Shown here piece by piece: positions 39,850 to 54,570 of a stretch of DNA of 64,000 nucleotides. Numbering within the stretch: position 1 is the stretch's first letter; every line of letters starts with the position of its first letter. A program made the translations under genes and the position numbers. This stretch comes from Eledone cirrhosa (taxonomy: Eukaryota): NCBI GenBank assembly GCA_964016885.1, contig OZ024744.1, forward strand, positions 87,792,001 through 87,856,000, written 5' to 3'. The notes under the pieces are model-generated. The model ran no database searches. It saw nothing but the letters and a program-made list of their open reading frames with translations, and was not told the origin of the DNA.

Positions 39850-40260
39850 CCTAGAGTAAAGTTCACTACATCGCAGCGTCACGTTTCTAACCCAACATTG
39901 GCCTTTGAGTGGTGCCTGATGAAGTTGATGATGGCCTGGCAGAAGAGGAAATATTTTGTCAACAAAGATTTTAGATGCGTTCTTCATGCAACTTTTTTTC
40001 GAAGAGCGACCAGATAGAGAAAGACAAGCCGCTTTTCGTCGCTGAAGGAGGTGATGTATTAACCTTTGTACCTGATGCACCCGACTGGTAGTGGGGACCG
40101 TATTACACATGGTTGCAGATGTTCAACATACACTTTCAAGTCAGCAATACACAGCCGCTGAACGAGTGCGTGCAGGATAGTTTAGTTAGTATGTGCATCT
40201 TACAGACTGTGTTAAATGCTAGCTCATTCGTGTCTGTAGATCTTGTCTTGGCTAAGTAAT
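39850..40260 (-). mobile_element. Degenerate Tx1-like LINE remnant
   Basis: TGAACGAGTGCGTGCAGGA and TGATGAAGTTGATGA match 7020-7040 and 8018-8031. Confidence 0.55.
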
Positions 40261-40920
40261 ATCTGTCTGAATCACTTTGAATCACAAACGTTTTGAAAAT
40301 CGTCCCTAAACGCCGATTGAAATTCTTCTACATCACTAACATAGCGTGATTAATAATAAAGGTGTGTATATATAAGATACATATACAAATCTCAATACGA
40401 ATGATTTAATGTGCGATCATATTGCAACTACTTTAGTGGTTGTGTGAGAAGTCCTGAAGCTGGTGTTTCAGGATTTTTGTCCATCATCAGTGACATTATC
40501 TGACTCGATGCTGAGACAAGCATAAGCTACCACTTATATAATTGTTTACGCCTGAAACACTTACTAGAGATACATTAACATGTAGTATGTGCTTTCATAT
40601 ATAATTATGTTACTTCGATAGTCCTAATGTTCCAGAAACGTTTCCTCACCATTGTTGTCCATATTCTTCTACATATCACTACATATTGCGGGGGTTGAAT
40701 ATGTTGCCCAGCTGATACAGCGAATGCCTAGTAGTATTCTAGATGCCAAAGTTTCAAGCTTTCTTTAAGCTTCTCCCAGTATTGAGGATTGGTTAAAAAG
40801 ATTCTCTACTACAGGCAATTCATCAATTGGTACAGCTGTTCTGCTTTCTGTGGTTTTGTAAATTAGCAAAGAATGTGTTGTAAAAATGTAAGCGATGTTG
40901 GCGACGGTGATACTGTAGAC

Positions 40921-41128
40921 CAGACATGTCAAACTGAGGCTACCCCGAGGGCCACATGGGTCACACTTGTGTTGTCTGAAGGCCATACATAGCAACTAAT
41001 TGCGCACATTTCAACTAATATTTTTCATTTTATATTACGCTCGCGCTGAAAAAAAACCTTTGTGTGGGCCACAGGTGTGCTTGTAAAGAGCCGCATGCGG
41101 CCCGCGGGCCGCTTGTTTGACAGGCTTG
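40921..41128. mobile_element. hAT-type MITE
   Basis: Perfect 8-bp TSD CTGTAGAC; TIR CAGACATGTCAAAC / GTTTGACAGGCTTG; subterminal GCGGCCCGCGGGCCGC. Confidence 0.85.
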
Positions 41129-41408
41129 CTGTAGACGATGATTATGATGGAGAGGAGTACATCAACATCGACGAGAATCACGACGGTGATGTAGATGACG
41201 AAGATGACGAGAACTAAGACGATGATGATGATGATGACGATGATGATAAAGACAATGATTATGATGATAGTGCTACTAGATGTGATGACGGTGGGCGGCT
41301 TGTGGCATTGATAGTGGTGGTGGCAGTGATGGTACTGTTGTTGGTGATGGTGGTGATTGTGTTGTCGGTGAGGTTAGTGAAGGCGATATTAATGATGGCA
41401 GTCATAAT

Positions 41409-41830
41409 GATTTTTATTTTTATTTTTATTTTTATTTTTATTTTTATTTTTATTTTTATTTTTATTTTTATTTTTATTTTTATTTTTATTTTTATTTTTA
41501 TTTTTATTTTTATTTTTTTAATTTTTATTTTTATTTTTATTTTTATTTTTATTTTTATTTTTATTTTTATTTTTATTTTTATTTTTATTTTTATTTTTAT
41601 TTTTTATTTTTATTTTTATTTTTATTTTTATTTTTATTTTTATTTTTATTTTTATTTTTATTTTTATTTTTTTAATTTTTTTTATTATTTTTTTTATTTA
41701 TTTTTTTTTTTTTTATTTTTTTATTTTATTTTTTTTTATTTTTTATTTTTATTTTTATTTTTATTTTTATTTTTATTTTTATTTTTATTTTTATTTTTAT
41801 TTTTATTTTTATTTTTATTTTTATTTTTAT
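41409..41830. repeat. (TTTTTA)n hexanucleotide array
   Basis: Direct inspection. Confidence 0.95.
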
Positions 41831-42401
41831 TGTTTGGATAGCAGTGGTAATAGAAGTATTAGCTTTTGAAGGAGGGAGAGATGTAAACTGTAAAAGTATT
41901 TACTAAAAAAGTGAGGGATTGGAATGGTTGAGAATAGTGTTGATATTTGTGACGGCCAGAGGGAGGTTAGAGTGAAGGAAGGGTTGAAATGTATTTTGAG
42001 GATAACAGGAATAACAAGTCAAACTATTTTAGTAATATAAAGAAAGACGAATTAAAATATACAGCTGAAAGTATAAATCAGCGAGAAAGTAAGGATAGGT
42101 GGAAAAAATAACAAGAAAGAAACACAAACGAAGGAAGCGAAAGATGATTATGTAATGAAGACATATATATATATATATATCATATATTAACATACACACA
42201 CACGCACACACACACACACATACACACATATATACACACATATATATATATGCGTATTTATGTACAAATGTTCCCATATGTACACACCTATTTAGCACAC
42301 ATTCTTTAAATCCATCAGCCAATGACCTCCAACCATTCCAATCACCACCCTCCCCTACCACCAGAAAATGTATAAATACTACCATATTACATTGACAGTC
42401 A

Positions 42402-42453
42402 GGCTTTCCTGCTGATTTCCTCCGAATGAAAAATTTCTAGTCCTGTAGAAGCC
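42402..42453 (+). ncRNA. Family E hammerhead, mutated (CUGCUGA, broken stem III)
   Basis: Homologous to 3471-3520; stem I GGCUUuC/GAAGCC. Confidence 0.5.
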
Positions 42454-42456
42454 ATT

Positions 42457-42505
<49 letters not shown>

Positions 42506-43297
42506 CGCGCGTGTCTGTCTCTCTCAGAAAGAACGAAAAAATAAACGGTCTTTTGGAAAGAAAAGACGCGTCGTGAAGAGAATGGATATAATATAAAAAG
42601 GGGAGTATTAAAAGGCGATGGATGCGATTTGAAAGAAAGTAACACTTGAATTTTGATGTTGATGTATGTTTGTATATTAGAGGGGCGGTTAGGGGGACAA
42701 CCATTTGACAAGATGGCATCTTTTTAGTTTCATTTTTTTTAGTTTTTATAAAAAAATGTTAAGAAAAAAGAAAAAAGACAGTTTGACACTAAGTTGCTTT
42801 TATCAGCTTATAACTTGTTTATGATAGTCTGTAGAAGTAAACTGCTCAAATCTGCTTTCAGACAGTGAAGGGAAAGCATACTTTTTTGTGATGATACTCT
42901 GTCTCAATCCAATGTTCGAGTTTTGTTGTTGTTGTCGTAGTTGTTGTTGTTGTTGACAGTGCTGGTGGTGGTGGTGGTGGTGGTGGTGGTTGTTTGTTAC
43001 GGTGATGATGGTGGGGGTGGTGGTGAGGAGGTGATCGTGAGGGGGGCGATGGTAGGCATGGCGGTATTGGTGTGGAATCTGGTGGTGGTTGTAGGAGAAG
43101 CCAAATGGGTGTCATTGATGAATTAGCAGAACAAATATTTTATGTCATCCTCCACCCCGTCTTTAATTCGTGATTCGGAAAAACGAATATATATATATAT
43201 ATATATATTTCGTTTCTGAATTTGTTTAGCAACACAGAAACAAAATGGCGTAGGACAGAACAAAGGAGAGGCACAAAAACAAAGAAAAGAATCCCCA

Positions 43298-43340
43298 GTC
43301 ACTGAAGAGGTCACAGAATGTGTGACGAAAGAACTTTGAC
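43298..43340 (+). ncRNA. Minimal type I hammerhead ribozyme
   Basis: GUCA-CUGAAGA-gGUCACA(gaaug)UGUGAC-GAAA-GAAC-UU-UGAC. Confidence 0.82.
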
Positions 43341-43516
43341 AATATATAAACAACTATCTGGTTGTGGAACCAACCAAACAACCAAAAATTTATAAATTTA
43401 TAAATTCCTAAATTTATAAATTTATTATAATAAATTGAAGTGAAAGCAACTGGTGCGTGTGTTTCTTATTGGCAACATGACCCTCCCAAAGTATAAGAAT
43501 TTATATATATATATAT

Positions 43517-43784
43517 TTAGTTTTGCGAGGTTTTTGATATGAAATCGTATGTCGAAACAAATATTGTTATACTTGGGGAGGGTCATATTTGTGTAATAAT
43601 ATTGCCAGAATTAATAACAGATCACACTCACTGTTTGGCTGGTTTTCGCTTCTGTGTCTTTTATATCGGTTAACTTAATTTATTCGGTCCTCAATGTTGC
43701 CATTGACTGACCAACCAAACAGTGAGTGTGTTCTGTTAATAATTCTAGCAATATTATTACACAAATATGACCCTCCCCAAGTAT

Positions 43785-43791
<7 letters not shown>
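43517..43791. mobile_element. Family D element, rearranged into a palindrome (no hammerhead)
   Basis: Inverted arms ~43560-43643 and 43710-43791; leader 43517-43572 matches 54170-54225. Confidence 0.72.
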
Positions 43792-43862
<71 letters not shown>

Positions 43863-43900
43863 TTATATATATACATATATTTATATATATATACACATAC

Positions 43901-43994
<94 letters not shown>

Positions 43995-44024
43995 ATATAT
44001 ATATATATATATATATATACATAC

Positions 44025-44060
<36 letters not shown>

Positions 44061-44937
44061 TTGTGTGTGTAGAGTGCAAAGAAATGAGAATGTGCAATTT
44101 TCGTAACACTTTTAGTAAGGCAATAGTTATATAACTGAAATAAAATGGTTCCAAATGGAAATCGGAAATGTAAGACGAATTGGGTCTGCAGAAACGAATT
44201 ATGATTAGTTTAGAATGTTCATTTTAAATGAATATCTGTACATACTTTAGCATTTACATGCAGACTCCATTTATATAAAACGTGTACAGTTAGCTAATCA
44301 AACTAACAATAACACAGAAGGAAGTCTTATGACATCATGATTGCGTAAAATGTACGTTTTATGTGCAATATTCTGATAATGTGCACTATTATCATAATCA
44401 GAATTATAATACCCACATTTAATGGATTTATAATTGGAATGAGAAAACTAAAATTAAAGAAAAAAGAAGAGAAATTAACCTGAATAAATTGATCTATATA
44501 TAATTCAGCGATTATATCTAAAGTAATTAGTGGAACATGGGTTACTCATAAAAAGATGTATAAGTAGTTAATGAGAAAATTTCTCACGAAAATAAACACT
44601 AACACTGAGGAGGTAGTTTTGTAATATTCCTAATCTCTGAACCTCTTCAATTCAAAGGAACATCAATGTACTTTAAGATATATATAGAAAAAAAAACAGA
44701 TATAATTGTTATAGCAACGACATCACGCAGTGCATTACTAAAAGATGTGAAACAATTATAGGTGGGAAAATGGTGGGTGTAGATATGAAATGAAAAGGAG
44801 TTCACTTTCAAGAAAAGTGGTCCTATAAGAAAAAAAATGGTCTATTGAGTAGTGTATCTGCCTATAATGGGATGTGTACATTTACGTGTTTGAAAAGCGG
44901 CACCACATTATAACATTCATTGAAACACTTAAACTAG

Positions 44938-45025
<88 letters not shown>

Positions 45026-45057
45026 TATAAATATATATATATATATATATAGGCAGT

Positions 45058-45105
<48 letters not shown>

Positions 45106-45151
45106 ACTGCCTCTCTGTTTTTTGTTCTCTGTGCATTTATTAAACTATATA

Positions 45152-45281
<130 letters not shown>

Positions 45282-45583
45282 TTGGGGCGAGGAGTAGAAT
45301 TGTGTGTGTGAGAGATAATGTGCATCTGTGTATGTGTGTGTGTGTGTACTGAAAGTCAGATAGACAAATAGACATGCTCACGCACAAGCACACAAACATC
45401 TGCCCCTCCACATTTTGATCTCTATTGCTGCAAGATCAAATGATCCAAAGCGGGAAGGGGTATCTTCTCAGGTATTGTGCTGAAGTTGAGGGGATTCTGT
45501 TGCCGATGATTTTGGTGTTGTTTTTGTGTTTTTTGTGGGTGGTGGTGAATATTGATGTTTCCGCTGTCATTGTTGCAGCTGCT

Positions 45584-45584
<1 letters not shown>

Positions 45585-45655
<71 letters not shown>

Positions 45656-45657
45656 GC

Positions 45658-45746
<89 letters not shown>

Positions 45747-45747
45747 T
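45585..45747. repeat. (GTT)n microsatellite
   Basis: Direct inspection. Confidence 0.95.
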
Positions 45748-45899
45748 TTATTGTAATATTTCAGAATGTTGGTATCGGTTTCTGTATTTTAGGCATCCAT
45801 ATTGCCTGTGTTTTAGGCACCCGTATTGCCTCCTGTCCTTTACCACCGTGAATATTTTAATGCCACTTCTCAGATTAATATGGTCAATGATTTATTTCC

Positions 45900-46420
45900 A
45901 ACTTCTCTCTATCAGCTTTGATTAGATCCATCCCTGTATCTCCCCAGTTCGACTTTTCCTAGCTTCTGGACTTGGAATAATCCTTTCTTGTCTACCTTCC
46001 CAGTTAGGACGGCCACTTCCAGCCCTAGGTGTGAAATTCCCGTGATTGTGATTTTCTGTGTGTTTTGCGCAACACGCCAGAATGATAGTGAATTCTTTGT
46101 TTTTAAAGTTCTGACGGAGTATCTTTTAACATCAGTTTCATTGTGAAAGCTCATCTCTACAATGTCAAATCTTATGTCTGGGGTTATATATATTTTGATT
46201 CCTAGAGTTGTTCTGAGGTATCTTTCATTTTGCTCCTTCGTTACTCTTCCCAGCTTCAAAGATTTCATTCCTATGCGTCCATATGTTTGATAAAGAATAC
46301 TGGTTTGCCAATACTTGTCACAAATTCCGTGGCCCCGGACAACCTCTCTTTCATTAATACAGCCATATTTGCTGGTCTCGATGCTGTAGTGAAGGATGCG
46401 CATGTGGCAAACATTTTTAG
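45900..46420 (-). mobile_element. Possible degenerate non-LTR retrotransposon fragment
   Basis: 163-aa open frame in unique sequence with no diagnostic motif; assignment is a guess from context. Confidence 0.25.
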
Positions 46421-46949
46421 TTGTTTGTCGTTGTCATAGTGGTAGTAATCACTGCTCCACTGCTGTTGTGATAGCGGTGACACTGTTACAGCTGTGGTCT
46501 GTTATTGACATGCTGGTCGTGTTGGCGGTAGAATTCGTGGTTGAGCTAATGTTGTTTTTGATGCAGTGGGGGTTGTGGTAGTGGCTGTGGTTGCGGTGAT
46601 ATTTTTTCTGGAACACAGTAAGAAAGGGGGTAAGCTATAATCTGCAATGAAAACTGCACCATTGGTTCTCTTTTTTTTTCTGGAAGAACAAGTTTGGCTC
46701 TTCGATTTTACAGATGGAATGGTATATTTTGGCCTCTAATCTATTAATCTGTAAACTAGAGGGCGTTTAAAATATTAACATTGTCCGAAAAAGCTGCAAA
46801 TAAAATCTACCACTTTCGTAGTCTGCACTAGGATACCCTATGAATAAGAATCCAATGAATACAAAGCCTCAGGCGAATAAAACCTTTAAGTAACAATAAC
46901 AAAACCTACTTAGCAACGAAGCGAGCAAGCCAAACAATAATAATAATAA

Positions 46950-47162
46950 TGATTTCTACTATAGACACAAGGCCAGCAATTTTGGTGGAGGGGACAGTCG
47001 ATCAAATCGACCTCAGTACATTACTGGTGTTTTATTTTATCGACCCCGTAAGGATGAAAGGCAAAGCTAACCTCGGCGGGATTTGAACGTAAAGAATGTA
47101 AATAGCCGTAACTAATTTGCCGCGAAGCTGGGTGTACGATTGTATACCGATTCTGCCAATCC
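46950..47162 (-). mobile_element. SINE (dominant family)
   Basis: Diverged full-length copy. Confidence 0.8.
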
Positions 47163-47179
47163 AAATAATCTTTAATATT

Positions 47180-47830
47180 CATTTCTTTATTCCCCACACA
47201 GTGTTCATATTAAGAAAACATTAAAGACGGCACAATACGATACAATGTCGGTATTTTTTGTGTAAAATAAAATTTATAACATAGACTAAAAAAATAAACA
47301 TTTAAAACATCAAACATTATTTACTTTATTTAGCCACTAAGAGCAATTGCATACGTTATCATTTATACATACAGTTACATGATACAGTAAAAACAAGTTA
47401 GGGGCAGTAAATATATGGAGTTGATCAAAGTTGTATGAAATTGAAGGGGTGTGTCAGAAACGTTATAGAAAGAAGACACTTTGAAAATTTGTGTAGAAAT
47501 AAGAATATAGAAGGAATAAATATAGAGAAAAATACACAAATATATCAAATGTGCATACAAATAAATGTAAAGTTTCTAACTAAACATGGATGAAAACCCG
47601 CTGCTTCAGTCACGTTATAGAATCAACATATCCCTTCTCACCATCCATTGTTCGCAATTGAGGACCGTGCTCCCCAAAGTACCCGTTGACACTCTCTGCA
47701 TGGAACTAATCAAAACGGTCTCCGCATTCTCTGGATATTCTTCCTTTATCGTGTGATAAGGCTATAGAATTGATTTCAACAAAAGTCTGTCATTTGAGGT
47801 CTTCCTGTATTCCAGGCCTATTTAGAATGC
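47180..47830 (-). mobile_element. Degenerate Tx1-like LINE 3' end
   Basis: ATTTCTTTATT...AAGAAAACATTAAAGACGGCACA resembles 6349-6405. Confidence 0.45.
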
Positions 47831-49309
47831 CGTTAACAGGATTACTCTGCAGTATCCATTGCATCACATCATTTTCTTTTCTTTGTTTGCCCGTTTTCTG
47901 AAGGTCTCTGAATCTCAGGTTGTTTTTATTTATTGCATGTTTGCGTTTTACACACCTTTAGTTCATGCTCAGATAGTTACCTCTGATAGTTACGCTTCCA
48001 TTTTTATTTTCAAAACAATTTCCTACTCCGCTGCCCTCTTTGATCCCCGTTTTTACAAGATTACTGTTGGTTTTGGGAAAGGATTCTATATAATCTCAGC
48101 TCTCAAATACGACGGGATGGGGCATAAGCAGGAGTTGGGGGTCAGTATTTTTTCTATGTTGTCTCCCTTGATTTTTTAAGAACCAGAATTCGTAGTTTAG
48201 TTTAAATATTGAAACCTTGACCCGTCCTATTTATTTTAGATCGTATGGGATTTATTGCAATGTTCTTTTTTTTTTGTCATGTATGTTTTTTAATGTCTAA
48301 AAAAAAAATTATTATCGCTGAATTCTACCAATTAAAACATAATTTTGCCGAAGATAGATTAGCAAAATTTAGTAGCAGTGGGTATAACTATTATTCGAGA
48401 CCCGAGAATAATCATAGACCCTTCCTTGCTTGTTTGTTGTCCACCACTGTCCTCTTCAAACTTCCTTCTCACTGTCACTCGTATTTATGGACGCAGTGAA
48501 TGTCCTTCAGTTTGTCGATCAGCGTTTGAGGCCAATAACAATATCTTCCGCCAATACCAGAGCACTGATACCAGGGCCTATTAAAACAACAGTTTCCCGT
48601 TCTTGTGGTTGGAATGATCGCTCTGATTTTTTTTTTTTTCAATTTCTCGAAGTAGAGAGCTTGTGACAGTGCTATTGAAGGAATAACAAGTGGATCATCA
48701 AATTCATTGGTTTCCTCTCTTGCCCATAACCAACAATAGTACTGGGTTCTTTAGAGGTCATAAGGAAATACAAATCCATTCAAACTCCCGCTAACCATAT
48801 GTCAATGTTATGCTCTTATCACTTACCCTCTCCTATATCGTTTCACAATGGTAAGGACAACCCAGAGGTTAATATCTCCACAAATTCAAATGACTCTCAA
48901 ATTTGTGTTGCTGTGACTAATGTTCTGAGGGACGTGACTATTAATTGGTGTACACAAATTTCTGGCTGCATCGGCTTTGGTTGTAATGCCTAAATCGATT
49001 GAAATGTACGCGTTATATCTGCCAAAATTTGAAATATTCCTTCAATTGGTTACTTAAGTTAAATTAAAAACCATTTCACTTTTATTGAGGAACCGGTATG
49101 TAAATTCACACATTTTCTAGTCCGGAATAAATTATTCGAGAAAGGAGACGGGTTGCTGAAATAGCTTCGTTATTGCACTTTCTAGGCTTAGGTCTTGTCG
49201 ATATTTTAGCACGTCCAATTGGACGTAATATAGATAAATCGATTGCATCATCATCGTCATTATCAGCATCATCATCGTCGTCATCACCATCATCATCGTC
49301 GTCGTCGTC

Positions 49310-49500
49310 GTCGTTTAACGTCCATCGTCCACGCTAGCATGGGTTAGACGGTTTCGATCCATATGATGCGGGATTGGTCGGGAGACTGTGTCTCGCTCGA
49401 ACGGAAGTGTCTCTGGCAGGTTTTCTACGGTTGGATGCCCTTCCTAACACCAACCTCATTTACAGTGTGGCTGGAAGCCTTTTTACCGTGTCTCCTACAC
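49310..49500 (-). mobile_element. Putative SINE/RTE-related repeat
   Basis: TTTTCTACGGTTGGATGCCCTTCCTAACACCAACC resembles a motif common in invertebrate SINEs (from memory); adjoins (TCG/TCA)n. Confidence 0.45.
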
Positions 49501-50065
49501 GACCACTGTACAGTGTGAATTGGGTGCTTTTTGTTGTGTCACTGACAGTGGTATAGTTGTTATCACTGTCATTGTTAATATTGCCATCAACATTTTACTA
49601 TCATCATCACCGTCATCGCTGCTGTGCTGCTGTTGTCGTTAGATTAAAGTCACATACGATTCTTAACAAAAAATAATTTGCTACTTTTTTGTTGTTTGTT
49701 CTTTTTTTATATATTCATATTACAGTTTCCTGTTCATATTATTTCGTTTTGTATGGAATCTACAGCGAAATATGAATTTCGCTTTAAGTGGACAGATAAA
49801 TGTGTCAGCAACATGATGTTGAAAAAATGACAGAATTCAAAACAATTTGAAATAAATAACAGTCTAAATAATATGACTTCTTTCATCAATCGGACAAAGA
49901 CTTCCAAATAATTAATATGTACTTTTCTCCTGCAATGGTACACACAAAGCAGACATTTTTCTACGCTTAAACCAGTTAATAATTCAAATTTACGAAGAGC
50001 CGAAATGAATATTTTTCGCAAATGCAAGAACGAATAACAACAGCAGTAAGAAGGAGGATGAAGAT

Positions 50066-50232
50066 AGAAGAAGAAGAAGAAGAAGAAGAAGAAGAAGAAG
50101 AAGAAGAAGAAGAAGAAGAAGAAGAAGAAGAAGAAGAAGAAGAAGAAGAAGAAGAAGAAGAAGAAGAAGAAGAAGAAGAAGAAGAAGAAGAAGAAGAAGA
50201 AGAAGAAGAAGAAGAAGAAGAAGAAGAAGAAG

Positions 50233-50261
<29 letters not shown>
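50066..50261. repeat. (GAA)n microsatellite
   Basis: Direct inspection; similar arrays at 23466-23550 and 63366-63477. Confidence 0.95.
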
Positions 50262-50263
<2 letters not shown>

Positions 50264-50739
50264 CTATGTAGTGTTTCATTTTAGTTACTAATGTTTGAAT
50301 GGAAAAATGTTAAAATGTTTCTTTCACATGGAAATAGAATTTAATAAAATAAAAAAAAATGTCGTAGAATAGAATTAAAAAAAGAAATGCGCTTTTGTAT
50401 TCAATCCTTTGAGGAAAGAAGTTGGCATGTTTTGTACACCATTAAGCATCAATCAAAATGTATTAAGTTTTTAGAATTGGCAACGTTTCACACGTGAGGT
50501 ATGATCAATTAAAGAGAACTGACTTAAGCTGTAAGAAAATGTCTAAGTTACTTCAGATTAACAAATCAGTTTGAATACAAAGCGAAAGAAATGGATATAT
50601 TGTAATGGTGTATAGAAGAGGAAATAGAGTAAAAGATAGTTAGTTACAGATAGAAAAAGAAAGAGAAATAGTGGGAGAGGGGGAGAGGGAGATAAAGCTA
50701 GATGAAATGATGGAGGGACACATATATAGATTGGTAGTT

Positions 50740-51240
<501 letters not shown>

Positions 51241-51565
51241 GAATGTATGTGAGAGAGAGAGAGAAGAAAAGATTGAGATATAGTGATAACAGAATACGCG
51301 ATGGCAAGTAAGATGAAACATACAGATCAATAATATTATTTAAATAACACTAAAGAAAATAACACTAATCAAGCGGGAATAACTTTAATGGGGAAAAAAA
51401 GCATTAACATTTTTTTTTTTACAGAAACAAAAGCAGATTTCAGTTAAAGATTTTAAATAACAGATGAGATTTAATGATGAAGAGAGAGAGAGAAAAAGAA
51501 AGAGATGAGGAATGAGTTAATATAAACAGACAGGAAGCCAGGTAAATGCATATATACATACAAAC

Positions 51566-51605
<40 letters not shown>

Positions 51606-51712
51606 GTTTGGAGTTAGCAGGCCAGAACAAAGCAGGTATGGATATAGAATATAAATACAAATGCAAAAGATATTGGTGACAATTAGTCCTTTACCTTAAA
51701 TTTTTTTGAATA

Positions 51713-51750
51713 TCCTTAATTTTCGAGATAATACCTCTTCTTCGGAATGA
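51713..51750 (-). ncRNA. Degenerate minimal hammerhead in PLE 3' region
   Basis: UCAUU-CCGAAGA-aGAGGU(auu)AUCUC-GAAA-A-UU-AAGGA; mirror at 53580-53617. Confidence 0.5.
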
Positions 51751-53579
51751 AGTAAAGGGGTTAATCCAGTGTTCTAATTAGCTTGCCAAGTGATGCTGAC
51801 AAGAAATAGTAAAGAAATTCCATTTTATTTCTAATGGCAAATAGTGAAGGTTAGGTGGATAAAGGGTTGTCTCCCTTTAAAAGGGTTTGGACATCTATGT
51901 CTAAGTGTGTGTGTGGGAGAATAAGTGAAGGTGTAAACATGCGTGTGTGCGCGCGTGTGTGTGTGTGTGTGTGTGTGTGAGTGTGAGAGGACATGTTTAT
52001 ATGTAAATGTGGGGGCTAGATGTTCTATCATGTTAAAACCGGTCTATGTGTGTGTATGTGTGTGTGTGAGAGAGAATAAGTGAAGGTGTAAGCGTGCGTG
52101 TTTGTGTGTGATATGGTACGTGGACGTGTAAGTGTGGGGCTAGGTGCTCTATCATGTTAAAAAATGGGTGTTGAGTTCTAGTCTGTTACTGATTGGTGGT
52201 TGTGTTTTGTCTATAATCAGTGCTTCCTTAATTTTAAGATTGCCGAGGTTTCTTTCCTTAGCTTCTATCCTAACTATTATGTTTTTGTCGGTGTTTTTGC
52301 ATTTCACTAGGTGTTTCTTAAATGAGGAAGCGTTAGTGTTGAGGTGTTCTTTTATTCTAATGTGAAGTGGTCTGGTGGTGCTACCTATGTAGAAATTGCT
52401 GCATTTGTCGCACTCCAATCTGTACACGACGTAAGCCTGGTGGAATAGGTCTGTGTCGTCCATTGGGCAGTTGGCCAGCCTGCAGCGGCTGTCATATCTG
52501 GTGGAGTGTCTTTTGGTTAGCTGTCCGCGTAGAGAAGGTCCTGAGTGGGCTAGCTGGATATCTAGTCCCTCTCGTCTGATAGCTCTGCAGATGGCTGTTG
52601 TTGTTTCGTCACTGAAGTGTGGGAGCTTCAGGAAGCAGGTGTTAGTGCCTCGAGTGTGGTGTCCTCTGTTGTTTCTGGCACGGTTAGTGGTGAACGTCGG
52701 GTATCCTTTCAGTTTAAATACTTCCAGGAAATGAGTTGTGTGTGTGTCTCGGTCTCTTGCGTCGGTGCATTTGTTCTGGATACGTGTAGTTCGTTCCTTA
52801 TGTATCCGAACTTAGTGCTGACTGGGAGGGATGATCTGAAATGTACAAACAGGGCCCTGCTGGACTTCCAACTCAGGATAACAAAGGAAGGCAACATCCA
52901 CACCCGCTTCTATAAAAACGCCATCCGCAGAGCTATCAGACGAGAGGACCTTCTCCTCGCGGACAGCTAACCAAAATACACTCCACCAGATGTGACAGCC
53001 GCTGCTGGCTAGTCAACTGCCGCATCGACGAAACAGACCTATTCCACCAGGCTTACGTCGTGTACAGATTAGAGTGCGACAAATGCAGCAATTTCTACGT
53101 AGGAAGCACCACCAGACCACTTCACATTAGAATAAAATAACACCTCAACACTAACGCTTCCTCATTTAAGAAACACCCAGTGAAATGCAAAAACACCGGC
53201 AAAAACATATTAGTTAGGATAAAAACTAAGGAAAGAAACCTCGGCAATCTTAGAATTAAAGAAGCACTGATTATAGCCAAAACACAACCACCAATCAATA
53301 ACAGACTAGAACTCAACACCCAATTTTTAACATGATAGAGGACCTAGCCCCACACTTACACCTCCACATACCATCTCACACACACACACGCACGCTTACA
53401 CCTTCACTTATTCTGCCACACACACTTAGACATACATGTCCAAATCCTTTTAAAGGGAGAAAACCCTTTATCCACCTAACCTTCACTCTTTGACATTAGA
53501 AATAGAATGGAATGTCTATACTATTCCCTGTCAGCATGACTTGGCAAGCTAATTAGAACACTGGATTAACCCCTTTACT

Positions 53580-53617
53580 TCCCTCCGAAAAAGAGATATT
53601 ATCTCGAAAATTAAGGA
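53580..53617 (+). ncRNA. Degenerate minimal hammerhead in PLE 3' region
   Basis: UCCCU-CCGAAAA-aGAGAU(auu)AUCUC-GAAA-A-UU-AAGGA. Confidence 0.4.
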
Positions 53618-53769
53618 TATTCAAACAAATTTAATGTAAAAGACTAATTGTCAGCAATATCTTTTGCTTTTGTGTTTATATTCTATATCCATACCTGCAT
53701 TGTTCTGGCCTTCTAACGCCAAACGTTTATACCTCACTACGCAATGCTTCAAGTAAACTACAATTTCCT

Positions 53770-54230
<461 letters not shown>

Positions 54231-54237
54231 TCGCCGC

Positions 54238-54269
<32 letters not shown>

Positions 54270-54272
54270 CAC

Positions 54273-54346
<74 letters not shown>

Positions 54347-54442
54347 CATATGTTGGTATGTATTTATGCATTTAGCTATGTATATATATATATGTACAGA
54401 AAAGAGAGAGAGAGAAAGTCGGTGAAGGGACAGAGTGAGAGT

Positions 54443-54570
54443 GATAGGTGAAATTTCCGATCGTGGGGCCAAGTGGTTACAGCCGGGTACCGCGGTCGGA
54501 ATTTTTCCTATCTCTCCATGCATTGAGTACTCACGTAATTAGTGGTCTCCCCGGTCTTAGAAACCGCAGA
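54443..54570 (+). mobile_element. Diverged family B hairpin-plus-tail element
   Basis: Hairpin GATAGG..TTCCGATCGTGG / CCGCGGTCGGAA..CCTATC, then ATTGAGTACTC..TGGTC..CCGGT. Confidence 0.5.

Larger units (their letters stand above)
51601..53729. mobile_element. Penelope-like element, head-to-head inverted pair (possibly Naiad-like)
   Basis: Minus arm 51601-~52830 has SRCRLANCP..AYVVYRLECDKCSNFYIGSTTRPLHIRIKEH (GIY-YIG). Plus arm ~52850-53729 has LDFQLRITKEGNIHTRFYK and the same endonuclease. Both 3' ends finish ...CCAAACGTTTA pointing outward. Confidence 0.88.

Noticed and set aside
40450-40497. Minus-strand CUGAUGA-uGGA..UCCu-GAAA
   Set aside because: Core and stem II are present but stems I and III cannot be formed; possible decayed ribozyme, not counted.
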